The notes below the pieces were generated by a model. The model had not been told where the DNA came from. It ran no database searches and worked only from the letters and a program-made list of their open reading frames with translations. Below are positions 51,330-62,528 of a stretch of 64,000 bases of DNA, piece by piece. Origin of the DNA: Anthoceros angustus. Lineage: Eukaryota > Plantae > Anthocerotophyta. Location: contig MU008158.1 in the NCBI GenBank assembly GCA_010909165.1, positions 2,195,478 to 2,259,477 on the forward strand, given 5' to 3'. The stretch's first letter is position 1; each line of letters starts with the position of its first letter. The position numbers and the translations under genes are program-made.

Positions 51330-52075
51330 CTAGCTACAATCTGTGCTGTAGAGGTGTGCTTTTTAAGACCGTCCTCATGCGCTTGAAGCTGGCAACTACA
51401 TACCGGCGTCGGGTAGCGGGACGTGCTAGCTGGCCCCGGAGCAGGTTTTGCTCTTGACTGTTGATATCAGCGATCACCACCGCAACCCTGCTCGTCCGTA
51501 TGTATATCTGTATCTAGCAGAGATGCCCTCGTTCCAGCACTCACAGAAAGGTTGTTCAAAGTAGCGTGTCAGTCCCGCTTCCAGCTTCCCGATCCCGACT
51601 CCCGACTGTCGCTGCCGTGGCCGTGCTTTGAATTTATTAATCTCCCGACACCGTCAGCCGCAATTCCAGCGCCACCGTCCAAGAGCCACGACACAGGAAC
51701 GGGTTGGGCTGGGCTGGGCTGGGCTGGGCTGGCTGGGCTCCACCATGTTCGCACAGGCAGCAATTGCTCTCCCAGATTGGCATGCGATTCATTGGGATTT
51801 GTGAATTTCACATGGGCTAATGGAGTGTGGAGGCATTGGATTGGAACGCTGCAGACTCGCGTTTACAAGCATTGGAAGCTCTTGAGCTCACACAAGGACA
51901 CCCGAATCAAAATTGTTCTTGTCATCGAGTCATTGAGACACACATTGCAAATAAATCAAAGCCAAAGCCGAAGCCAAAGCCAAAAAAAGAACAAGCGGAG
52001 CGCCATCTTGACAGTGCCACTCCGAAGCCAAACCCAAATCCAAAAACAACCAACAGAGCCCCACATCGCTGCTCC
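51330..52075 (-). pseudogene. Decayed unknown gene in the A2-B2 spacer, paralogue of 43001-43680
   Basis: VEQRCGALLVVF, VKFTNPNESHANLGEQLLPVRTWW...LLDGG...VGRLINSKHG and RVAVVIADINSQ, with stops between the blocks. Confidence 0.45.
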
Positions 52076-52140
52076 ACGATTAAATCTACGCTCACACGCT
52101 GGGAGCAGCGCTGGGCATGGCTGCAGCCAACCCAAGAGCT

Positions 52141-53241
52141 CTAATCCTCGAACATGACAGCACCATTGAAGCAGTCCCTGTCATTTTGAATCCCGCCGAA
52201 CATCTCGTTCAGCACATTCCGTGAATTTCCATACGCGGATTCCAGCATCCTCGTACCCTGGATCACATGCAAAAACGTGCACAAGCTTTGCAAGTTAACT
52301 TCCCCACCTCGTGACAGTAAGCACTCCATAACATAGCATAGCGCAGCATAGCTTTCAAGTTCTCCAGCAACAGACAAAGTTGCAGCGAGCACTGGCAGGC
52401 ATGTTACAACAAAAGCTTGTGGACAGCATTTGAAACTCACGTTCTGTTCACGAATGCGGAAATTCTGGACTCGCAGCTGCGCCGAGGGATCCCGTATCCC
52501 TTTTGCTCGGAGGATTTTCCGCAGGACATCTTCCCTGTTTGAGCGGGTGAGGGGGATGCTGAAGTACAAATCCTCCGTCACGATAAAGGTTGAACTCGCC
52601 CGAAAAATATCATTCCCGAGGGAAGTGGTGAGAGGCATTGGCCCCGCCAGCGGCAAACGTCCTCCCATACCTTCCATCTCCACAGGCGGAGGAAACGGCA
52701 GCACGGCTCTAGGCCACACTCGCTGCATGGGCAGCCCGCAGCCCGGGCAGCTCCGACCGGAGACGCTGCAGTGCCATCCGCAGCCCAGCCCCGGTAGTGG
52801 GTTGAAGTTCAAGCAGGCGTGCTCTGGCTGGGTGGTTGCGATGTTGGCCACTCTCCATTCCTGTGGCTGCGGACCGAACACGTCCCTGCGCAGATCCTCT
52901 CCCCGAGCTGTCAACGCCCAACCCGGCACCCGGCCCAAGCTGGCCTTGAGGTTGTCCCGCACAGCAGCGTGCATGATCACTCGCCGACGAGTCATCAGTG
53001 GATGGTCATTTGGGTATTGCGCACTGCAAATGAGAGGGTAAGACTCGATCAACAACTTCTCTACCATCCACTGCATGACCTTCCCACTGGCCTCCATAAG
53101 CAATATTCTACACGTATTATGGCAGAAGACAATCTTGACATTGAAGCCCGATGGGGCCGGCCCTCTCCCTTCCACAAGCTCTGTCAATGGATATGGATTC
53201 TCCACGATGGGCATCGGATCACTCCCGGCATAGCCATTCAT
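52141..53241 (-). CDS. Divergent DUF674 family protein, type B copy 2 (2 exons)
   Basis: VKIVFCHNTCRILLMEASGKVMQWMVE, C-x10-C-x10-C-x2-C, IFRASSTFIVTEDLYF, donor AAC|GTGAGT near 52438, exon 2 GTRMLESAYGNSRNVLNEMF...GAVMFED*. Confidence 0.75.
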   Translation of the reverse strand: MNGYAGSDPMPIVENPYPLTELVEGRGPAPSGFNVKIVFCHNTCRILLMEASGKVMQWMVEKLLIESYPLICSAQYPNDHPLMTRRRVIMHAAVRDNLKASLGRVPGWALTARGEDLRRDVFGPQPQEWRVANIATTQPEHACLNFNPLPGLGCGWHCSVSGRSCPGCGLPMQRVWPRAVLPFPPPVEMEGMGGRLPLAGPMPLTTSLGNDIFRASSTFIVTEDLYFSIPLTRSNREDVLRKILRAKGIRDPSAQLRVQNFRIREQNVSFKCCPQAFVVTCLPVLAATLSVAGELESYAALCYVMECLLSRGGEVNLQSLCTFLHVIQGTRMLESAYGNSRNVLNEMFGGIQNDRDCFNGAVMFED

Positions 53242-54828
53242 CCTCCGAAGAAGGAGAAGACCTACGCGGATATCGTCAACAGGCGAGAAGGAAGACAAGC
53301 AGAAGAAAGTATGCGTGAAGAGTGCTACACATGCAGCTTATATAGGGGTCGAGTGGATGTGTGACCTAACCGCAACTGTGTCCAGCGAGGATTGTGTACT
53401 TGATCCCGTTCACAAATGCTGGTAGGATTTTGTACGTGGCAACTTGAAGAAATATCCGACCGTCATCTATGTGACACTTGTTTCGAGTAAAACAAAGTAA
53501 GTTAACCGCTCTGAAACTAGATGCCGGTCTCGACTTGACATTATCATGGAAGAAGTAATCATTGTCACAGAGGGTACAAATTAAATTACATTGTGATCTT
53601 GAAACACAAGTCATTGTTCATGGGAAGTCACTACCACTACTTGATATTGGTCCTTTTGTATTGTAGAGGGCACATTAACCTAGGATCCCATCACTTGATC
53701 TTGGTGTTCCTGGTGCATTGCATATATAGTGCACATTATCCTATCCTTAGACTCCTACAGATTTCACATCATCTTGGGTCCTGACCTTTGGGTAGTTGCC
53801 TTTGGGTAGTTGAAGAATTTATAAGGACTGAATTTTGATTTCTCAAGTTACCCATGTGCAAGGAAGTCTCACCAGGTTTTCAAATACTAGTAATGTATGT
53901 TGATGTAGGCAATGCTATTGGATATATTAAGTTAGATTATGCAGGGAAGGTTTAAGTTATGTGATTAAGAGATGTGATTAGTAGGTAGGTATATATGAAG
54001 GGGTCTAAAGATGCGATATGTAGAGCTCGGTTCACATGCAATAAGATTTTAAGTAGGTCTGTGGGGTGTCCACATCGGGGGAGACTGGTTCCGTTAAAGC
54101 CCGATGCTGTCCGAAACTGGAGCCCGGGATGACGGACGTGGGGTTCCGCTAGGCTCACCGGTTGAGAGAGACATTGGTTGTTTGATGCCTTGCGTAATTT
54201 TGACATCCCTTACGCGGGCGCGGGCAACGCTCGCTGAAAATTGGGCTCAGCAGCTTCGGGGCCTTCGTACGCAGCAGTTTGATCTCGTGCACTTCATGTT
54301 TAAGACAGATGTGGAAATGTGAGCGTGCTGGTCAAATTCAAGGGCGGCAGTATTGAAGCGCACATGAAAAAATCAAGAGGAAGTGAAACATTTGCACAGC
54401 ACACAAAGGGTCCCCGCAAGCAGGAAAGGTCTACACAGCCCAGTGGTCAGTGTCCCATCCCACACGCGGAGCCAGGCGTAGATTGGGGCAAGCTTCACAC
54501 AAGCTGCAGCCGTTACGGTGCCATTACGACGGAACGAAGGAGGGAGAGGGGTTTGGCCACGGGAGTTCATGCGCCCAGACCTGTGTGTTTCTGGTGAGTG
54601 CCCGGCGAGCCAGGAGGACGGCTTCACTGTGTCCAAGCAAGAATCGAGGCGTGGCCCATCGGCCCTGCAAACCAGAGACGCCAATATCGGAGCGCCCACC
54701 TTACTGTTACAACAAGCTGCTGGTTCCCCTACCGAAATCATGTCGACGCTGCTGACTGCCCAAGAGGCGGGAGATGGACAGCAGATTCTGGTCGCGCACG
54801 CTCGAGCCGACGGCTAACCACTTCCGCC

Positions 54829-54836
54829 TAGGGTTT
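54829..54836 (-). promoter_or_regulatory. Telo-box (AAACCCTA) upstream of the PELP1-like gene; site II element TGGGCC at 54653-54658
   Basis: TAGGGTTT about 300 bp upstream of the ATG. Telo-box plus site II is the known promoter signature of plant ribosome-biogenesis genes, but both motifs are short and could occur by chance. Confidence 0.4.
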
Positions 54837-55138
54837 GGAGCTGAGAAGGCCGGACATCGCCGAAACGGCCTGGAATCAGTAAGTAGCGACTGATTGCGCC
54901 TGCCGGTGCTCCGCGGCAGCCTGGTTCCGCCATACCTTCCAGGCATTCGGCAGGGAGTGCGCAAATTGGTGGCGAGGTTTTTGGGTCTAGGGGCTTCGGG
55001 CTCTACTGGGACGACTGTAGGAATGGCAGGCAGCCCGGTAGATGCATTGCAAAGCGCCTCCAGCTTCATGAACGGGATTGTCTGTACTTAGGTCTTGACA
55101 ATAGGCTGGCGGTGCAGTGGATGCCGGTGAATGCGAGC

Positions 55139-58100
55139 ATGGGTTCAGAGGATGGGTTGCAGAACATGAACGACTCCAGGTTGAAGCCATGGCTGTTGCA
55201 TTCTATCATGGCCACGCATTTACCCGACGACAAGCAGCCTACCAGGGCACCAATTCAGCTGTCGGTGGCTGTTGCCTCCATCCGACGGCACCACCTGTTG
55301 AGCGAGAATTCGATGCTCGGGGTAGTTCATGTTCAGCAGGGTGCCAAGAGCGTGGATGTCCGTAAAGGGGCTGTGGAAGCTTGGATTGACAGGCTCATGA
55401 GCCTTCTCGCCAGCTCTGTGGTACGGTCTTTTTACCGCTGTTAGGCATTCTGTGTCTCTATGCAAATATATGTATGCTGTTTGAGGTCCATCAGTAGAAG
55501 AGAGCAGGGTTCGCAGAAATCCCCCCAGCAGGTAGCTGTGTGTTGGTTTGCTTGAGTTCGTAGTCTTGGATAAGTCAGGGATTCTGACCCTGAAGCTTCA
55601 CTTTTCACAGGCAGAGAACCGTTGGGCAGGGATTTGTTTGTTAGGTGTGACTTGTCAAGAGTGCTCGAGGCAACGGTTTCTAGACTCCTACAGTACCTGG
55701 TTTCAAAAGTTGCTCCTTTTAGTAAAGGTATCTGTTATGAATGCTCTGCCAAAGTAGCTTGCGGCGTTTCTTAGTCTTGTTCCAAGCTGTTTAATCGTCT
55801 CGACCAGATTCTCCATCGCATGATGCTTGTGATTCTATTCTTGCAGTTGGGTGACCACCTGCAACATTAGCTTCCTGCTCTCTGTGACAGGGTCTTTGTC
55901 TGTTTTCCAGCAGCCTACTGATCCCATCTTTGTTCGCGCGGCAGCCTGTGCTTCACTGTCTGATGTACTCACAAGGTATTTTCAATCTTTACCCTGAATT
56001 CTCATTCAGGGCTGTCAGCCACATTTCTTACGTTAGGCGATGCATGTCCCTGATTTATTGTAGTTGCTCGTGGCAGACTTGGGAGTGTGATAGATTATGC
56101 CGGAGTAAGGCGTGATGCAGGACCGTTAGTTGGAAAGTTGGTCCAGCCGGTCATGCAGATTTTGAGTGACAAGGAATCAAGCGGTATATGGGTAAGTGCT
56201 CCTAATGCAGCACATGTAGTCGCTCATACAGTTTTCACTTCATTGAAGGAGTACACTTCCAGTCTAGTAAGTGAAGACTTTTCATGTGCATAGATCTTCT
56301 GTGGCCCTTTTTGTTGTCCCCTATATTGATGGCATGCACATTACGAAATTGGCATCCTGTAGATTCAAATCATGTGAAATTTTGCTAACTCGTAGGTTAT
56401 GCTGATTGTGGTTGGAAATATTTTTTGTAGAATGAAGCTCTTGATCTTCTCTGTGTGATTCTTAAGTACTTCCCTTCGTGCGTTCGTCAGCAGTTCAATC
56501 AGGTATGACTTTCAGCTCAGGTTGACTCTTGTTGTGAGACCGAGATTGTGGATCCTTTCATCCAGCTCTGCAGCAGTCTAAAAGTATGGAAAGAGCACTT
56601 GGGTAGCTCATCAGTTAATTGGCAAGCTGAAAAATTGCAGTATCTCACAGGCAGAGCTTCTCCTGGTAGCACAGCTTGTAGATGGGGACTGCACAGCATC
56701 ATTGTCACAGGTATCTTGTCCTCCAAAAGTGCTGAGCACTTTTCTTGGTTCACGTGTCTTTGTGCGTACTCTGTGCTTTGGTCCAAAGTATGGTAGACTT
56801 ATACAATCCCTCTTTGTTTTTGATGGATTTCTTATGACCTTCTGGTTTGCTGGCAGAAAAGTGCACAAAGCCTGGCACTTCTCCCAAGGGCACATGGGGA
56901 TGCCGCGTCCTGGAGCTCACTGATGAGGCGCCTTTTAATAGCAGTTAACAATGAGCTGGATGCAGCCTTTGCTGGACTGGAAGATCGTATGGACCTTGTA
57001 CCACTCTTGCTCCCAGTTTTTTCTCTTGTTGTAAGCTGAAAGCACTGCGTCTGAGAGCAGTATTAGCCAATCGCCTTAGGCATGCTTGGCTGAACAACAT
57101 AGTCTCTGTGTCTTCGGTTCCAACAGCTGCAGATACTGCAGGAGTGTTTTCACCGGTGAACCAGGATGCACCTTGGCCAACTGTTTGCCAACCACTAGGC
57201 TCCAATGGAGCATCAGTGATGCTTAAGAGCTATTGGCAGCAGCTGGTGCCAAGGGTTTCGTCCATCCTACACTGCTGTTGCTCTCTCTTAGTCAGCTCGT
57301 ATCCAGTGCCGGTGAGTACTTGTCTTTTGTTCTCCATCTTAGCAGGGCTTTTAGGACACGGAACTTGCTCGTACCAACTAGCGTAATCCGCTTTAAGCTT
57401 GGGCAACCCAGTTACCTGACACAAGTATTCTTGGCTTGAGCAGGTGATGGTTCCCATAGGACCGCTACTTACGGTAGTAATGCGTATTTTACACGTTGAT
57501 GGATCTAGAGTTTCTACAGCATCGCTGGGTATTCCAATCTCTACAACTCAACAAGCATCTCTATGCTCCGAGCTTCCCACATTGCATCTTAGTGCTCTTG
57601 ACCTTCTGTTTGCAACCATCCGGGCCACAAGGAGGTGAAGAGTCTAATCACTTCAAGAGTTTCATGCATCTTATGGATAGATGAGACCCATCTTGGAGCT
57701 TAGCTGACCATGTGTCTGGTGGCATTCCAATTGGCTGTCATGCATTGCTTTGTCATTTTGAGTATTAGATCTATATCTGATATCGATGATGAAAATCTTG
57801 TGTCGCCAGTCAGCTTCTACCTCATGCAGCAGATGTGGTGCGGATCTTATCGGATTACTCAAAAAGGAATACTTCTGTGCTGCCCAGTATCAAGATAAAA
57901 CTTTATGGAATATCTCAACACCTGATTTTGATGGGAGCTGGTGTGTTTGTCGTTACCTTGTGTTTTGGCTGATTTCACTCATCTGTTTGTGTGATCAGTC
58001 AGAGGAAGGCATATGTTTGCTGGACAATTCTTGAGCAGGAATTAGCATTCTGATATCTTATGTTGGTTATGTATTGACAGGTATGGCATCTGCCCTGGCA

Positions 58101-59875
58101 CCTGCAGTTGTTGCTCAGGCCCTGTGTGATCTCAAAGGGTCTAGTCCAGGGTCAGGTGTATTTTCTCCCAAAGGGGTGCGTACCCCTCGTATGAATAATC
58201 CTGCATGGACTCAAGGGAGCTGGGGCGGGGGACCACCAGTGAATCATCGAAAGCGGAAGGAGCCGGGGTCTTTTCCCTGTGATCACCAGGCCCATGGTAC
58301 CGGTGATGCAGTTTTTTCCATTTCTGAGGGAGGTGATCCTGTCTCTGTGCAAGTTGCTGCTCTTCAGGCGATGGAAGCCCTTCTAACTTCTGTAAGTCAT
58401 GGTGCTGCACGGTTGTAGGTTCAATTATGAAGGGCACTTTGATGGGGGTTAATGTACCCGCTACTGGATGTGCAGGGGGGAGCTCTGCTTCCTGACCGCT
58501 GGAGGGCAGAGGTTGACGCTGTTCTTGCAAATGTAGCTGTGAGTGCATCTGTTAGCTCCATGTCTCTTGCGGTTGACGAGGAATTGATGGCCGTAGAAGG
58601 AATCACATCAGGACGTTCAGTTGCTTTTCAAGTTGCTGCATACCGTGCACTATTAGCCTCCCTATTGTCACCATGCTGCCATCGACCTCCTCACTTGGCA
58701 CAGGGACTGGCGATCTTCCGCAAAGGTAATAGGTCTGCATTTGTCATGTTATTGCTCAGTGAGTGTCTGGGTTGGGAGCAAATCATGAGCTTCCGTAGCT
58801 AGTTTCTAAGCAATGCCTCTGAATTTTTCTCATTTATGATGCGCTTGCAGGTCGGCAAGAAGCTGGTACAGAGGTGGCTGAAGTATGTGCCCATGCTCTC
58901 CTCTCTCTGGAGCCACTCATTCACCCTCGCTGCCTACCTCCTGCAGGCACACCTGCAGCTGTTGTAGCGGGGATGGCCACTGGTAGGGCCACTGCTGGTG
59001 GGTCTCTGATTTCAATGCAAAGACCTGGCAGAGCGTCCATAGCTGCAGGGTCTTCTGTTGCCGCTGTTTCTGGTGCTGCTGCTATTTTGGGTTTTCCAGT
59101 TACTGTTGTGCCCCCTGCTCTGAAGATAGGCCAGCTAGCAATGGATCCCTGGGCTGAAGTTGATACGTGGTTAGGCTATGGGGAGGAGTTTGGAGAGGAG
59201 GAAAATCTCTTCTATGAAACTGATGTTATGCTTGAGGATGACTTTAATGAAGGTCTTGCTGGTGCAGTTGGGACTCCTGTCGGTGCCTTCTATGGGACAG
59301 ATTCACAGAATGCACAACCAAGTGGTGTTTCAAAACTAGTGGGGAGAGCAGATGAAGCGGTGCATTCAAGGGTAGATAGTGGCTTGGTAGGCTTGGAGGA
59401 CAGGCAACTCCTCATGCCCTCTACGGGTGAGGAACTGTACAAATGTCAGCAGGAAGGAGAGGCCCGGGAAATGGATGCGAGCCCTGGTCTGCAGGAACAG
59501 ATGGATAGCCCGTACATAGAACAAAAGCCATTAGCCAACGGTATGTTGTCTCCGGCGGTTGCTGGGCTGTCTGATGCCAACGATGCAGTGAAAGGAGATG
59601 TGTTCCATTCCTCAAACGTGCAGGTGGATAGAGGTGACAAAAGTCCTCCGGAGTCAGGTGCCCTAGGCAGCAACACCAGGGACGACGAGATAGTCGCTGG
59701 GATGCCCATCACTGATTCAGAAGTGCTGTGTGAGCAGAACAGGCAAAGTAGCGTAGTGGGCGGTTCATTGTCGGCGCTGACGCCAGCATCTACAATTGAT
59801 GTGTTTCCAGGGCCTGATTCGGACACGGACGGCCCTTTGCCAGACATAGTCGATGCAGACCCTGACTCTGATTAA
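55139..59875 (+). CDS. PELP1/Rix1-like ribosome biogenesis protein (At1g30240-type), multi-exon
   Basis: DSRLKPWLL...PDDKQP, AVEAWIDRLMSLL, RWAGICLLGVTCQECSRQRFLDSYSTWF, LCSELPTLHLSALDLL, ALQAMEALLT, GGALLPDRWRAEVD, CAHALLSLEPLIHPRCLP and C-terminal PLPDIVDADPDSD*. Confidence 0.9.
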
Positions 59876-60408
59876 GCTTCTTATAATACGTGATTTGGCA
59901 ATCTGGGAAATGATGTTCTCATGAGAAAGAATTGCGCGAATATAATCAGCAGTGTATGAACGCAACGGATGAACTAGGTGAATGGTAAACAATTGTGGAA
60001 ACCCTTACCCCATGGACTCGACGAGCATTATTACCTGTAATGGTCGTTAACTGCAGATGATGATTTGGTGACTTCTAAGTTATAGAGTCTTTAGTAGCCC
60101 TCTATTAATAGGGTTATGCTGGACGTTGAGGCACCGGCAAGGCTTCTCCTGGTTTTGGAGTTATTTTCCTCTAGCATTTCTTTTCCAGTTGACCTGCATT
60201 ATTTGGGGTTAATCTCTTCTGGCTTTCTTTTTCTATTTAACTTACACATGGTATGAACTTGGGTTCATTTGTTCCTAGTGTGGATTTATTTTTAGCTATT
60301 ATTTATTTTATTTAGCTCGAGTTGGGTGTGAAGCCAAACCTCATTTCATTAGAGTTATATGATCCCTATGAAGAATCTCTTAGAAATCTCTTAAGTAGTG
60401 TATCTGAA

Positions 60409-60547
60409 GGAGAATGTTGGTTAATGAATTGGTTCCAAAAAAAGAAATGAGTAAATTTTAAAGTCAAGTAAAAAAGGACAACAAGAGAGTTGGGAGAATG
60501 TTGGTTGATGAATTGGATCCAAGAAAAATAATGAGCAAATTTTAAAG
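60409..60547 (+). repeat. ~84-bp direct duplication
   Basis: GGAGAATGTTGGTT(A/G)ATGAATTGG(T/A)TCCAA...AAATTTTAAAG at 60409 and 60493. Confidence 0.85.
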
Positions 60548-60589
60548 ACACGTGAAATGTAAATTTTAAGTCATAGCGGCGATGAAGAT

Positions 60590-61870
60590 CGGTTTTGGTA
60601 GCTATGGAGACTGGTATCGACAAAAGTGCAGGAAGAAGGCAACTTGCATGGAGACCAGTGTTGGCACCTATGGAGACCGGTAACCTATGAAGACCAATAA
60701 CCTATGGAGACCGGTATTGACAGAAGTGTAGGCAAGATGGCGATTGGTATCGACATCGTAACAAAAGCACCAAAATGACAACCGGTATCGACAACTGTTA
60801 CAGAAGCAGCAGACCGATTCAAGATCGTAACAGAGCCCACCATAACCGTTCAACATCGTAACAGAGCCCACCATTACCGAAGTAGCCGATCGATTCGACA
60901 TCGTTACAGAGCCCAGACCGGTTCGACACCGTAATAGAGCCCACCGTAATAGAAGCAGCTGACCGGTTCGACATCGTAACAGAGCCCACCATAATAGAAG
61001 CAACCGAATGGTTCGACACCGTAACAAAGCCCACCATAACGGAAGCAGCCGACCGATTCGACACCCCAACAGAGCCCACCATAACAGAAGCAGCCAACCA
61101 GTTCGACACCGTAATAGAGCCCACCATAAAAGAAGCAGCTGACCGGTTCGACATCGTAACTGAGCCCACCATAATAGAAGCAACCGAATGGTTCGACACC
61201 GTAACAAAGCCCACCATAAAAGCGGTGACGGTTCGACACCGTAACAAAAGCCCACCATAATAGAAGCAACCGAATGGTTCGACACCGTAATAGAGCCCAC
61301 CATAAAAGAAGCAGCTGACCGGTTCGACATCGTAACAAAGCCACCGTAGTAGATGCAGCCGACCAGTTCGATACTGTATCAGAGCCCACCATAATCATAA
61401 CAGAAGTAGCCGACCGGTTCGACACCGTAATAGATGCAGCTGACCGATTCAACACCATAACAAAAGCCACCGTAATAGATGCAGCTGACCGGTTTGACAC
61501 CATAACAAAAGCTACCGTAACAGAAGCAACCGACCGATTCAACAGCGTAACAGAAGCCACCGTAACAAAAGCAGCCGATCGGTTCGACACCATAACAAAA
61601 GCAGGCGATCAGTATCGACAGAACCAGGCAAGTGCATGCAAGGTGGCGACCGGTATCGACACCGTATCGACGAAAGCAAGCAAGCACATACAAGGTGGCG
61701 ACTGGTATCGACTAAAGCAGGCAAGTGCATGTAAGCTAGCGACCGGTATCGACTGAAGCAGGCAAGCGCATGCAAGTTGGTGACCGGTATTGACAAATGT
61801 CGGCAAGCAAGCAAGCAAGCACATACAAGGTGGCGGTATCGACTAAAGCGAGCAAGCACATGCAACCGGG
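60590..61870 (+). repeat. Complex minisatellite: 45-bp core units flanked by degenerate GGTATCGAC-bearing units
   Basis: Core unit GACCGGTTCGACACCGTAACAGAGCCCACCATAATAGAAGCAGCT with an exact 45-nt period from 60916 to 61200, decaying outward on both sides. Confidence 0.96.
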
Positions 61871-62025
61871 CGTATGTGATGGCATGCAAGCTCGCGCAAG
61901 CAAGGCATTGGCTGCTTAATTTTGGCTGGCGTAAGTGCTGCTTAAGTTTGTCTTTTTTCGTTGAATGCTCCGTAATTTTTTTTCTTTTGTCGGTGAATGC
62001 TTCTTGATTTTTCCCCTCCCCTTGA

Positions 62026-62200
62026 GGAGTGACTTCCTAGCTATGAGTTCGTAAGAACTCTTTAAGTGAAATGCTGCTAAAATTTTTTACCATGAAGGAG
62101 TGACTTCCCAAGTATGACTTCATAAGAACTCTTTGAGTCAAATGTTGTATAATTTTATCCTCCCTCAAGGAGTGACTTTCCAACAAAAAGTTCATAAGAA
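62026..62200 (+). repeat. ~71-bp tandem repeat, about 2.5 copies
   Basis: GGAGTGACTT(C/T)C...TTC(G/A)TAAGAA at 62026, 62097 and 62169. Confidence 0.85.
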
Positions 62201-62528
62201 ATGTCTGGTTAAGCTAGCCTAGTATAGAATACCGATCTTTTCATGCACCATCCACATATTTTTAGGGTTCTGTACAGAAAGAAATAGTCTTGCCGCATAC
62301 GGCGGAATTATTTCGTTATGTCACGCATGACCACATCGGTCTTGGCTGTGGCCCCCGGTGCACCGATCTCGTCAAGCTGATGATGCACATAAACTTTTTT
62401 TTCTCTTTCCCACTTGTGGGTGGGATTTAGGGTTGACTCTTCTGATGGGTGTTTGTGTGCTCTTGCATCATGCATGCATCTGTTGGGTGGCTGTGCGTCT
62501 GTGTGCAGTTGCATTTGCGCTGCGCTAA

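Larger units (their letters stand above)
38630..53300. repeat. Tandem segmental duplication (copy 1 about 37.7-45.1 kb, copy 2 about 46.4-53.3 kb)
   Basis: Collinear DNA matches at 38630/47262, 38850/47455, 39000-39240/47600-47930, 40700-41400/48880-49620, DUF674 A1/A2, the spacers and B1/B2. Offset about 8.2-8.6 kb. Confidence 0.93.

Noticed and set aside
54373-55069. Several 65-120-aa ORFs upstream of PELP1
   Set aside because: Both strands are open in GC-rich promoter DNA and no domain is recognisable.
60609-60620. TGGTATC as an LTR primer-binding site; GGTTCGA motifs as tRNA genes
   Set aside because: The sequence continues GAC rather than AGAGC and recurs within the repeat; no acceptor, D or anticodon stems could be folded.
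60590-61870. CRISPR-like repeat/spacer array
   Set aside because: The whole 45-bp unit is repeated with no unique spacers, there are no cas genes, and the context is eukaryotic.
60668-61889. Long minus-strand ORFs (220 and 229 aa) in the repeat array
   Set aside because: Explained by repeat periodicity and strand bias: few A residues on the minus strand means few stop codons. Several frames are open at once.
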